A stretch of DNA of 29,778 bases from an uncultured bacterium (GTDB lineage Bacteria > CSSED10-310 > CAZUFC01): assembly GCA_964619725.1 (NCBI GenBank), contig CAZUFC010000105.1, positions 1 to 29,778 of the forward strand. Reading direction: 5' to 3'. The notes under the pieces were generated by a model. The model was not told the origin of the DNA, did no database searches, and was given only the letters and a program-made list of their open reading frames with translations. Position numbers and translations under genes: made by a program. Positions 18,186 through 26,035 of this stretch are shown here, piece after piece (position 1 is the first letter of the stretch; every line of letters begins with the position of its first letter).

Positions 18186-19619
18186 ATGGGTGTTCCGCAC
18201 GTTAAAAAAATAGCCTTGATGGCTTCTCATGACTGGACGCTTCGCATGGCGATGGCCGAATTCCTGGACTATCTTCAACCGGTCATCAAATGGAAAAACA
18301 AGGAATACACTCTCGAACTGACACGCGTCATCGCCTGTCCATTACTCGCCGGCTCGGACCTCACCAAAACCGCTGACCTTATCGTCGACCGGACGACTCA
18401 TTGGAACACCTACTATCGCGCCTGGGGTCACCAGGCCGCAAACTCGCTCGCCCGCACCGTCAACCACCCCTACACATTCTTCGTTTTCGACAAACATTCC
18501 ACTTACGATCTGATGGCACGCGCCATTCATCCTCAAGATGAATTCCCCAAAACAGTCCTCTTGCCCCAGTTCCATCCCTGGAGCGAAGACCAGAAAAAAC
18601 AGGCCTGGTGGAAATATGAACAGGAATTGATCCTCGAAAATACGGAATTCGGTTTCGACGAAGCCAGGAAAAATACTGACTGGGAGACCGTTCACAAGGA
18701 ACTCCAAGAAGCCAAAAGATACGATCGTCGCTCCCAGATCGTGAGGGAACACTTCTACGATCCCGGAGACTACCTTCGCGAAACAGTCGAAAACGTCTTT
18801 GACGGAAAATTCCCCCTCTACCTCAAAAAAGCTTACGGCGGAGGCGGTTCAAATGTATACAGAATAAACAACCTCCAGGAACTTTACAGCCAATACGACA
18901 GAACAGGAGATGAAACCTTTCACCTCCAGGAAGCCGTCGAACCCTACGATATCTTCTATCGCGCCATGGGAATCGGTCCCATAAATTTCCCCATGTTTTT
19001 TCAACCCGATAAATCCTTCCATGAACATTACAGCCCCGAAAAACCTCTCATGAATAAAAACATATTCTACAGACTGGAAAGCTACGCCATGTTCATCAAC
19101 TCATACCACCGCTGGACTTACAACTCCTTTGAAGCCGTTACCAAAAACGGTAAACTCCATCCCATAGACTTCGCCAACGCATGCCCCGACAGCCAGTTCA
19201 TCTCCCTTCACGTTCACTTCCCCCTCCTCGTTTGCTCCCTGCTCAAATGGCTCGCCTTCTGCGCCGTCACTGAAAAAGACATGAAAATCGACCTCGAACT
19301 GACTAGATACCTCAGTGTCCTCAACAATCCCGACGTTACGCAACAGGAAAAATTCGATTTCTGCCGCAAATTATCAGAAGTTTACTTCGAAACAGAAAAA
19401 TTCAATGAATTCTGCGAACTCAATTTTAAAACGCTTGACGAACAAATGATCGATTTTTACGACGTCAAATTCGATGAAATTATAGATTTTTCAATAGAAT
19501 TCAGCAACTTCCCGGAACACGAACACGATAAATTCTGCAACCAATACAAAAACCTGATGAACGACGTTTGGAAACCCAATGCCGAAAAATACCTGGAACC
19601 CGTAATTTTCGATGCATGA
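18186..19619 (+). CDS. ATP-grasp (RimK/glutathione synthetase-like) carboxylate-amine ligase
   Basis: DK motif, PKTVLLP, FPLYLKKAYGGGGSNVY, LQEAV and NSFEA...G..HPIDFANACPD. RBS AAGGAGG. Confidence 0.85.
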   Translation: MGVPHVKKIALMASHDWTLRMAMAEFLDYLQPVIKWKNKEYTLELTRVIACPLLAGSDLTKTADLIVDRTTHWNTYYRAWGHQAANSLARTVNHPYTFFVFDKHSTYDLMARAIHPQDEFPKTVLLPQFHPWSEDQKKQAWWKYEQELILENTEFGFDEARKNTDWETVHKELQEAKRYDRRSQIVREHFYDPGDYLRETVENVFDGKFPLYLKKAYGGGGSNVYRINNLQELYSQYDRTGDETFHLQEAVEPYDIFYRAMGIGPINFPMFFQPDKSFHEHYSPEKPLMNKNIFYRLESYAMFINSYHRWTYNSFEAVTKNGKLHPIDFANACPDSQFISLHVHFPLLVCSLLKWLAFCAVTEKDMKIDLELTRYLSVLNNPDVTQQEKFDFCRKLSEVYFETEKFNEFCELNFKTLDEQMIDFYDVKFDEIIDFSIEFSNFPEHEHDKFCNQYKNLMNDVWKPNAEKYLEPVIFDA

Positions 19620-19689
19620 TTGAATCGATTCGACTGCACTTGTCACGTTTGAACGAAAGAGTGAACGCCTGATAATATCCCAAACGAAA

Positions 19690-19727
19690 ACCGCCTCAGA
19701 CAGGCCTGCCCGTCTGAGCGAAAGGTT
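19690..19727 (+). terminator. Hairpin downstream of the ATP-grasp gene, possible terminator
   Basis: CTCAGAC/GTCTGAG stem with outer AACC/GGTT pairing. It has no U-tract, so the evidence is weak. Confidence 0.3.
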
Positions 19728-19803
19728 GACGGCTGGAGTTCCCTGTGCTTTCAGCTTCAACTTGCGAAGGCTGCAGCTCCGACAATGTTAAATTCCTCGA
19801 ATA

Positions 19804-20075
19804 TTTTATTGATTGAAGTTTCCATTAAGAAACTAACCCTGACCCAAAATTATCTGCCTGACGAACTCACCGCTGTTTTTCATCGAGGGCCGTTTGTTTC
19901 GTTATCGGGGTAGGTATCGGTATCGCTGTCGCAATCGGAATAAATAATTACGAGGAAATATGTCTTGTTTTTATCAGATTTTTAGGGACTGATCAAACCG
20001 GGGTAACAATTTTTCAAAACTTTTGACAGCTTGTTTCAGTAATCGGGGTCGGTATCGCAATCGCAATCGAAACTA
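19804..20075. repeat. Dispersed repeat family 2, left copy (segments A-B-A'), with ATCGGT/ATCGCA hexamer runs
   Basis: 19804-19987 matches the reverse complement of 25625-25790 at about 80% by manual alignment. 19987-20020 matches the reverse complement of 25792-25826. 20031-20075 partly repeats 19894-19940. Confidence 0.85.
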
Positions 20076-20222
20076 AATGAGGAAATTCGGAATAATTGTA
20101 ACCTCAAAATATCCATTTTTGATCAATGCCGATTTTTATGGCTTCTCGATTGTTCAAGGCTGCGAAAATTGTAACAGCCAAACAGGGATTTTTGCTCAAC
20201 GCCTTTATTTGTTCAGCGTTTT

Positions 20223-20618
20223 TCAACCGTTAAACAAAACGGAATATTCGTCGGACGACTTTAACCGTTTGTCGGCGGTGACCAGAACCAGTTCATACAC
20301 TTGGGCCGTTGCTGCTATAAATCTGTCTGCGGGATCGTTATGGACAAGCTTGATCTTCCGGCTTTGTACAGCAGTCTCAAGGTTCAACGGCGCCTCTTTC
20401 ACGGCTGCTTTTCTCAAAGCTTTCCTGATCCAGTCCGCCGGATCGCTTTTTAACTCTATTCGACCCTTCTCAGACAAAAGTATCGTTTCCCATACGCTGA
20501 TCGGCGAATACCATAACTCATTCGAAGGTCTTTCAAGCTCATCCCTGACCGCCGGCGTCAACGATTCAGGTTCAAGAAACCCCCATATTAAAATATGAGT
20601 ATCTAGCAGAAGTTTCAT
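20223..20618 (-). CDS. vapC: Type II TA toxin, VapC/PIN-domain ribonuclease
   Basis: Acidic PIN residues are present in LLLDTHIL, SPISVWE, HNDPADRFI and LVTAD. ATGA overlap with the antitoxin. Confidence 0.93.
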   Translation of the reverse strand: MKLLLDTHILIWGFLEPESLTPAVRDELERPSNELWYSPISVWETILLSEKGRIELKSDPADWIRKALRKAAVKEAPLNLETAVQSRKIKLVHNDPADRFIAATAQVYELVLVTADKRLKSSDEYSVLFNG

Positions 20619-20857
20619 TCAGACATAGTCTCCCATTCTTCTTCATTCACCGCCGGTGAAATGATGTCGCCGATGATTTTACCCTCGTCACGAAATGAAC
20701 CTAACCAGGATTCGCTCCTTTCCGGCAAAGAAGGCGGCACCACTTCAGCAATGGGTTCGCCTCTCTTGAGGATTAAAATAGGCCGGCCGGTCCGTTTAAC
20801 TTTTTCTAATAATGCCAGGCAAGTGGCCTTAAAAGTAGATATGTTGACCGTTTCCAT
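20615..20857 (-). CDS. Type II TA antitoxin, Phd/YefM family
   Basis: METVNISTFKATCLALLEKV..TGRPILILKRGEPIAEVVP. RBS AGGAGG; lies upstream of the PIN toxin. Confidence 0.93.
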   Translation of the reverse strand: METVNISTFKATCLALLEKVKRTGRPILILKRGEPIAEVVPPSLPERSESWLGSFRDEGKIIGDIISPAVNEEEWETMSE

Positions 20858-20889
20858 TAATCAGCCTCCTTCTCGATGTCCCACTTAAA

Positions 20890-20918
20890 ATATTACTATA
20901 GACAATGTTCATAGTCAA
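20890..20918 (-). promoter_or_regulatory. TA operon promoter with overlapping inverted-repeat operator
   Basis: TTGACT (20918-13), 17 bp, TAATAT (20895-90). The imperfect palindrome ACTATagACAaTGTtcATAGT (20895-20915) covers the spacer. Confidence 0.6.
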
Positions 20919-21406
20919 AGAATTAATAAAACCGCAACCCGGCAGCGTTTACGATCAAACAGTGTCGCCTCCCATAAATTTTGCTGATGAAAACGGCGAT
21001 TTGAATCACAGAATAAATAACCCGGGGATGCTGAATGTTTTGCCGCTGGATGAATTTTATCCCGGAAATAGGGAATGCTGAATATTGTGGGCTTTTGCCC
21101 GATGTTGGACTCCTCGCGCTTCAATTTCACCTGCAGATTGCAGACTTTGTGATTCTCTTATTCGTGCGATTCATGACGAATGAACGCCGTAATTCTTGAA
21201 TAAGAAAGAGTCATTCGTATACCGCCAGGCAATTATTTATGATTCCGCTTTCGAAACCGGCTTTGTTGAATTTCTCCGTTTCCGCTTCATGTTCAGAAAT
21301 CGTAAAGGTTACGTACGATCAAAAAAGTCGACATATTAATTATTTGAATATGAATGAAATAAACCTGATGAAAAATCGGGAATATAAATTGGACATTCGC
21401 CGACTT

Positions 21407-21658
21407 GCCCCCCTAAATCCGAATACGTGTCAGGATAAGCTTTACATAATTACTTCTCAATATGTCAGCTGATGAATCGTTGTCGGAGTATCGTGCGCAA
21501 TAACTTTTAAAACCAATTTCACCTGAATGGTCTTCAAGTTTAGATTCGACAACGAGAACTATCACGATCACGACAACGAATTCATTTTTAACCTCTTTTG
21601 CTTTAAAAACGATGATTGGTTCCTGTTATCCTAATTCCAAAGCCCCTCGCGGGGGGAA
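21407..21658. repeat. Repeat family 1 (about 220 bp, MITE-like) nested in a split REP-like element
   Basis: 21421-21512 is the inverted match to 11821-11919. The right end TTATCCTAATTC (21626-37) is also found at 11902-11913. The flanks GCCCCCCTAAATCC and CCCCTCGCGGGGGGAA join to resemble the reverse complement of 11703-11734. Confidence 0.65.
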
Positions 21659-21777
21659 ACAGGCTGGCCTTATAATGAAAAACGTTGCGATTGGCGTCTA
21701 TATCTTTAAAGAATAATCTGAGTGAAGCTAACGATCCCTGATGTTACCTCTGTATCCCGGCTCTGCCTCAGAAAACT

Positions 21778-21806
21778 TTGCTTTAACGCTTTCATTTTTC
21801 TAATAT
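21778..21806 (+). promoter_or_regulatory. Sigma70-type promoter for thiI
   Basis: TTGCTT, 17 bp, TAATAT. Confidence 0.5.
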
Positions 21807-21863
21807 GCATAAGAGCGCTCTCACGATAAGTCTTCAGCGCCGCATCATCAGGGAGTAAAAAAG

Positions 21864-23312
21864 ATGGAATTGATCTTACGTTTCGGAGAATTGATATTAA
21901 AAAGCCATAAAGTTCGTCGCCGTTTTATTCATGAACTCATGAACAACTGTCGTGAGGCTCTGGCGCATGCCGGAGAAGACGATCCCTGGTTTGAAAATCA
22001 CTGGTCGCATTTTGAAGTGGAATTGGCTGAGTCTTCGGGGATGGAGGCTTTGAAGCGGGTATTCGGCATATCCACCCTTTCGGTTGTCGAATCCTTTGAA
22101 TTCAACGACATGTCCGGTTTTGTCGAGCAAGCGGCTGAACGGCTCAAGCAAAAAATGACCGGAAAAAAATATGCTGTAAGAGCGAAACGGGTCGGCCGTC
22201 ATCCCTTCGGGTCTATGGATGTGGAAAGAGAATTGGGATCAGCCTTGAATCCTTATGGTAAGGTCGATCTGACGAATCCGGAGATTACTTTGTATGTTCG
22301 GATCAAAGATCAGAGGGCCTCTGTGTTTACCGAACGGATCAGCGGCGCCGGCGGTCTGCCCCTGGGCACTGAGGATGAAATCATGGTCCTGTTTTCCGGC
22401 GGATTCGATTCGACCATCGCTGCCTGGAACATGCTGAAGCGCGGCTGCCCGGTTCATTACGTTTTCTGTTCTCTGGGCGGCGAATTGCAGGAAATCGAAG
22501 CGATACGGATCGCCAAATACCTGGCAGATAACTGGAGTTACGGTTATTCCCCTCAGTTTCATATCCTGGATTTTCGTCCCGTGATCGATGAAATGAATGA
22601 AAAAATTACGCCTGAATATAAAAATATTATCCTGAAAAGACTCTTCTACCGCGCCGCCCAGGGCATTGCCCGATACGAAGATGCGGGAGTTTTCGCCACC
22701 GGAGAATCCATCGGTCAGGTTTCTTCCCAAACTTTAAGCAATTTGATAAGCGCCTCGGCTCCGATTGACATGCCAATCTTCAGACCTCTGATCGGACTCG
22801 ATAAAACGGACATTATGAATATTTCCATGCGAATAGGCGTCTATGAACTCTGCAGTAAAGTCAAGGAATACTGCAACGTCGTTCCGAAACACCCCAAAAC
22901 ACGGTCCAGAATTGAAAAAGTGGACGAACTGGAAGATCGAATGGACCCGGGTATTCTGGATCAGTGTATTGACGGCGCCAGGGTCGTCGATCTGAAAACA
23001 TACAAACAAGAGCAAAACCGCATCTGGCATGACGTCGAATCGGACGATATCCCGGATAACGCCCTGTTCATTGACGTGAGAGAGGCCGAAGAATTTGAAA
23101 AAAAACATGTGGCCGGCGCTCTGAACATGAGGGGGCATGAGCTGGAAGTAAAAATGGAAAAAGTATCTTCTGAAACGCCCGTCATTTTGTACTGCGAAAT
23201 AGGAGTCGTCAGCCGGGACATGGCTGTTTTCCTCAGAGAAGAAGGATTCCAAAACGTTTACAGCATGAAAAACGGCATCCGGCAGTTGAAAAAACTGGGT
23301 TTGTGGGATTGA
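21864..23312 (+). CDS. thiI: tRNA 4-thiouridine(8) synthase ThiI with THUMP, PP-loop and C-terminal rhodanese domains
   Basis: RFGELILKS, THUMP (AVRAKRVG), GGLPLGT, SGGFDS, TGESIGQVSSQT, RPLIG.DK and EYC. Rhodanese motifs IDVRE and LYCEIG..S. Confidence 0.96.
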   Translation: MELILRFGELILKSHKVRRRFIHELMNNCREALAHAGEDDPWFENHWSHFEVELAESSGMEALKRVFGISTLSVVESFEFNDMSGFVEQAAERLKQKMTGKKYAVRAKRVGRHPFGSMDVERELGSALNPYGKVDLTNPEITLYVRIKDQRASVFTERISGAGGLPLGTEDEIMVLFSGGFDSTIAAWNMLKRGCPVHYVFCSLGGELQEIEAIRIAKYLADNWSYGYSPQFHILDFRPVIDEMNEKITPEYKNIILKRLFYRAAQGIARYEDAGVFATGESIGQVSSQTLSNLISASAPIDMPIFRPLIGLDKTDIMNISMRIGVYELCSKVKEYCNVVPKHPKTRSRIEKVDELEDRMDPGILDQCIDGARVVDLKTYKQEQNRIWHDVESDDIPDNALFIDVREAEEFEKKHVAGALNMRGHELEVKMEKVSSETPVILYCEIGVVSRDMAVFLREEGFQNVYSMKNGIRQLKKLGLWD

Positions 23313-23382
23313 TCAATAACCTTCCTCCTTTTCCATTCAATCCTCCGCACAAACTTCGGCACAGCTTTCAAAAAAAGAAAAC

Positions 23383-23411
23383 TTGCAATATTTAGAAAAG
23401 CATCGGATAAT
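23383..23411 (+). promoter_or_regulatory. Possible promoter for fbp
   Basis: TTGCAA, 17 bp, GATAAT. Confidence 0.4.
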
Positions 23412-23417
23412 AAATAA

Positions 23418-23451
23418 AAAAAGGAGAAAAGGCGTCTCCTTTTTGTATTTT
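23418..23451 (+). terminator. Intrinsic-terminator-like hairpin between thiI and fbp
   Basis: AAAAAGGAGA/TCTCCTTTTT stem followed by GTATTTT. Confidence 0.5.
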
Positions 23452-23471
23452 TGAACCGAATGGAGGCCAAA

Positions 23472-24530
23472 ATGACCGAAGAAGAAATAAACAATCAGCT
23501 CAGCGAATTTTTTACGTTGGAAGATTTCATTATTAAAGAACAGCATCTGCATCCCCGGAGCCGGGGCGTTTTTTCGACCATACTGAGGCGCATAGGGCTG
23601 GTGGCGAAGCTGATCGATTCGAAAGTGAAGCGGGCCGGGCTGGTGGACGTATTGGGCAAGGGAAGAAAAGTGAACGTTCAGGGCGAACGGCAGATGAAGC
23701 TGGATGTGCTGGCTCATGAAACCATGATGTCGACGCTGAGGACATTGCCCTATGTCGTAGGATTGGCATCGGAAGAGAAGGAAGAAGCCGTCATTCTGAC
23801 GAAACAGCCTAGAGACATGCAGTCATACTGTATATTATTCGATCCGCTGGACGGTTCGTCGAACATTGATGCCAATGTGTCGATAGGGACGATTTTTTCC
23901 ATACACAGGATTCGTTCGGCTGAACGGGGCTGCAGGCTGGATGATTTTTTACAGTTGGGCAATGAGCAGGTTGCGGCAGGTTACGTCATATACGGTTCCA
24001 GTACGATGTTCGTCTACACAGCGGGCGAGGGAGTCCACGGATTCACGTTGGACCCTGAAGTAGGCGAATTTTTACTTTCACACCCGGACATACGCATTCC
24101 GGACCGCTGCAAATGTTTTTCCGCCAATGATGCCAATTACGATACGTGGTCAGAACCGGCACAGGAATTCGCCGATCTGGTCAGGTACGGAGACAGCGAA
24201 AGATATCGAAAAACATCCAGCCGTTACATCGGATCGCTCGTATCGGATTTTCACAGAAACCTTCTTTACGGCGGCATTTTTATGTACCCGGAAAACAGAA
24301 ATACGGGCAGAGGAAAACTGAGGTTATTATACGAATGCGCTCCTTTATCCTTCGTAGCCGAAAAAGCGGGAGGAGGTTCAACCACGGGACGACAGAGGAT
24401 GCTCGACGTGAAACCCGAAGAATTGCACCAGAGAGTTCCCATCGTTATTGGAAATCTGGAGGAAGTGAAGTTATATGAAAAAATGGTGGCTGATCATATC
24501 GCAGGAAAAGACGAACAAAAGGATCAATAA
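23472..24530 (+). CDS. fbp: Class I fructose-1,6-bisphosphatase
   Basis: NVQGE.Q.KLD, ASEE, FDPLDGSSN, RYIGS.V.DFHR.LLYGGIF.YP and GKLRLLYE. ATG 23472 follows GGAGG. Confidence 0.97.
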   Translation: MTEEEINNQLSEFFTLEDFIIKEQHLHPRSRGVFSTILRRIGLVAKLIDSKVKRAGLVDVLGKGRKVNVQGERQMKLDVLAHETMMSTLRTLPYVVGLASEEKEEAVILTKQPRDMQSYCILFDPLDGSSNIDANVSIGTIFSIHRIRSAERGCRLDDFLQLGNEQVAAGYVIYGSSTMFVYTAGEGVHGFTLDPEVGEFLLSHPDIRIPDRCKCFSANDANYDTWSEPAQEFADLVRYGDSERYRKTSSRYIGSLVSDFHRNLLYGGIFMYPENRNTGRGKLRLLYECAPLSFVAEKAGGGSTTGRQRMLDVKPEELHQRVPIVIGNLEEVKLYEKMVADHIAGKDEQKDQ

Positions 24531-24533
24531 AAT

Positions 24534-25484
24534 ATGAACGACAAAATTACGCTGGGGATCAGCACATGCCTGATCGGACACAATGTCCGGTTCGACGGGC
24601 AGCACAAGCTGGACCGTTTTCTCCGGGACACCCTGGGATATTACGTGGAATATAAACCGGTATGCCCCGAAGTGGAATGCGGAATGCCGATACCCAGAGA
24701 ATCCCTCCGCCTGGTAGGCGATCACGAAAACCCCAGACTGATCGGAAATAAAACCAAACACGACTATACCGGTCAGATGACCCAATGGGCCGAAAAAAGG
24801 CTGAAAGAACTGGAAAAAGATAACCTCTGCGGTTTCATATTCAAAAGCGGTTCACCCTCCAGCGGCATGGAACGCGTCCGCGTCTACAACGAAAAAGGCA
24901 TGCCCGAAAAAAAAGGAACAGGCATTTTCGCCCGCCTTTTCATGAACCATTTCCCCCTCCTTCCCGTCGAAGAAGAAGGAAGACTCCACGACCCCAAATT
25001 GAGAGAAAACTTCATTGAAAGAATCTTCGTCATGAAACGGTGGAGAGACGACGTAGAAAAAGACAAAAAAATGGGAAACCTGGTCAGGTTCCACACAAGA
25101 CATAAATTGATGATCATGGCTCACAGCCCAAAAATTTACCGCGAGATGGGAAAACTGACCGCAGAAGGAAAAAAACTGAAACCGGAACGACTCTACCGCC
25201 AATACTTGGAACTGCTCATGCAAGCCCTCAAATTAAAATCAACCCAGAAGAAAAACATCAACGTCCTCCACCACCTCATGGGATACTTCAAAAAACAACT
25301 CACAAAAGACGAAAAACAGGAACTCCTCGAAATCATAAAAGACTACAGAAACGAATCCATTCCGCTGATTGTCCCCGTTACCCTCATCAACCACTACGTC
25401 AGAAAATACGACCAACCCTACCTCAAAGATCAGTTCTACCTTAATCCCCATCCCCTGGAACTGAAATTGAGAACTCATGTTTGA
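24534..25484 (+). CDS. DUF523-DUF1722 fusion (TudS/RudS, YbgA family; thiouracil/tRNA thiouridine desulfidase-like)
   Basis: GISTCLIG..VRFDG.HK, VCPEVE.G..PRE, K..SPSSG and PVEEEGRL.D..LRENF. DUF1722 motifs are FH...K..MAHS, N.L.H..GYFK and YL.PHP. Confidence 0.92.
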   Translation: MNDKITLGISTCLIGHNVRFDGQHKLDRFLRDTLGYYVEYKPVCPEVECGMPIPRESLRLVGDHENPRLIGNKTKHDYTGQMTQWAEKRLKELEKDNLCGFIFKSGSPSSGMERVRVYNEKGMPEKKGTGIFARLFMNHFPLLPVEEEGRLHDPKLRENFIERIFVMKRWRDDVEKDKKMGNLVRFHTRHKLMIMAHSPKIYREMGKLTAEGKKLKPERLYRQYLELLMQALKLKSTQKKNINVLHHLMGYFKKQLTKDEKQELLEIIKDYRNESIPLIVPVTLINHYVRKYDQPYLKDQFYLNPHPLELKLRTHV

Positions 25485-25624
25485 TTTTTTTTGGGTCTGA
25501 TCTGATGGGAAAAACAAATTGCACCTACTCGTTCGCACAAAGCGATATTTTTTTCTAAAAACTTGCCATTGATCAAAACTCCTTTTTTCAAGGTTACTCT
25601 TCGCAGCCTCGAATAATTGAGAAG

Positions 25625-25826
25625 CTCTGAAAATCTGATAAAGACAAAACGAATTTCCTTGTAATTATTTATTCCGATTGCGATATCGATACCGAAAAGA
25701 AAGCCCTCAATGAAAAAACAGCAGTGGGTTCGTCAAACAGATATTTGTGGATCAGGATCAGTTTATTAACAGAGACTTCAATCAATCAGATGTTTTAAAA
25801 AAAGAGTAATCCCGGTTTGATCAGTC
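25625..25826. repeat. Dispersed repeat family 2, right copy (inverted; segment order B-A)
   Basis: Reverse complement of 19804-20020 with the segments permuted. Confidence 0.85.
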
Positions 25827-25846
25827 AAAAAAAATCCTTTTTTTTC

Positions 25847-25875
25847 TTGACATTGCGAAATCCTTTTTTTATTTT
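25847..25875 (+). promoter_or_regulatory. Sigma70-type promoter upstream of the KaiC-like gene
   Basis: TTGACA, 17 bp, TATTTT. Confidence 0.5.
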
Positions 25876-26035
25876 ATTGTTGTTAACACTTTGAGATTTC
25901 TGAGGATGACGGTTTTGTTTTCGAGAGGAATCAGGATGAACTGACTTTTAATAAGGTTATTGTTCCTTTAAGCGTTTAGCGTGAATTAATGTTTTCTTCT
26001 GAATTCACTTTTAGATTGATTCACGGGAGATTAAA

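Noticed and set aside
18186-19619. Cyanophycin synthetase CphA or glutathione synthetase assignment
   Set aside because: It is too short for CphA, has no Mur-ligase domain, and has no GshB N-terminal signature. Only a family-level call is justified.
19804-20075. Integron attC site or IS ends around the TA module
   Set aside because: No convincing RYYYAAC..GTTRRRY box pair was found, and there is no integrase or transposase in the window.
20920-21400. About 480-bp stretch with a short direct repeat (GGGATGCTGAATGTT / GGGAATGCTGAATATT) and small ORFs
   Set aside because: No frame examined gave a recognisable protein or RNA family. It may be a decayed gene, but this is unsupported.
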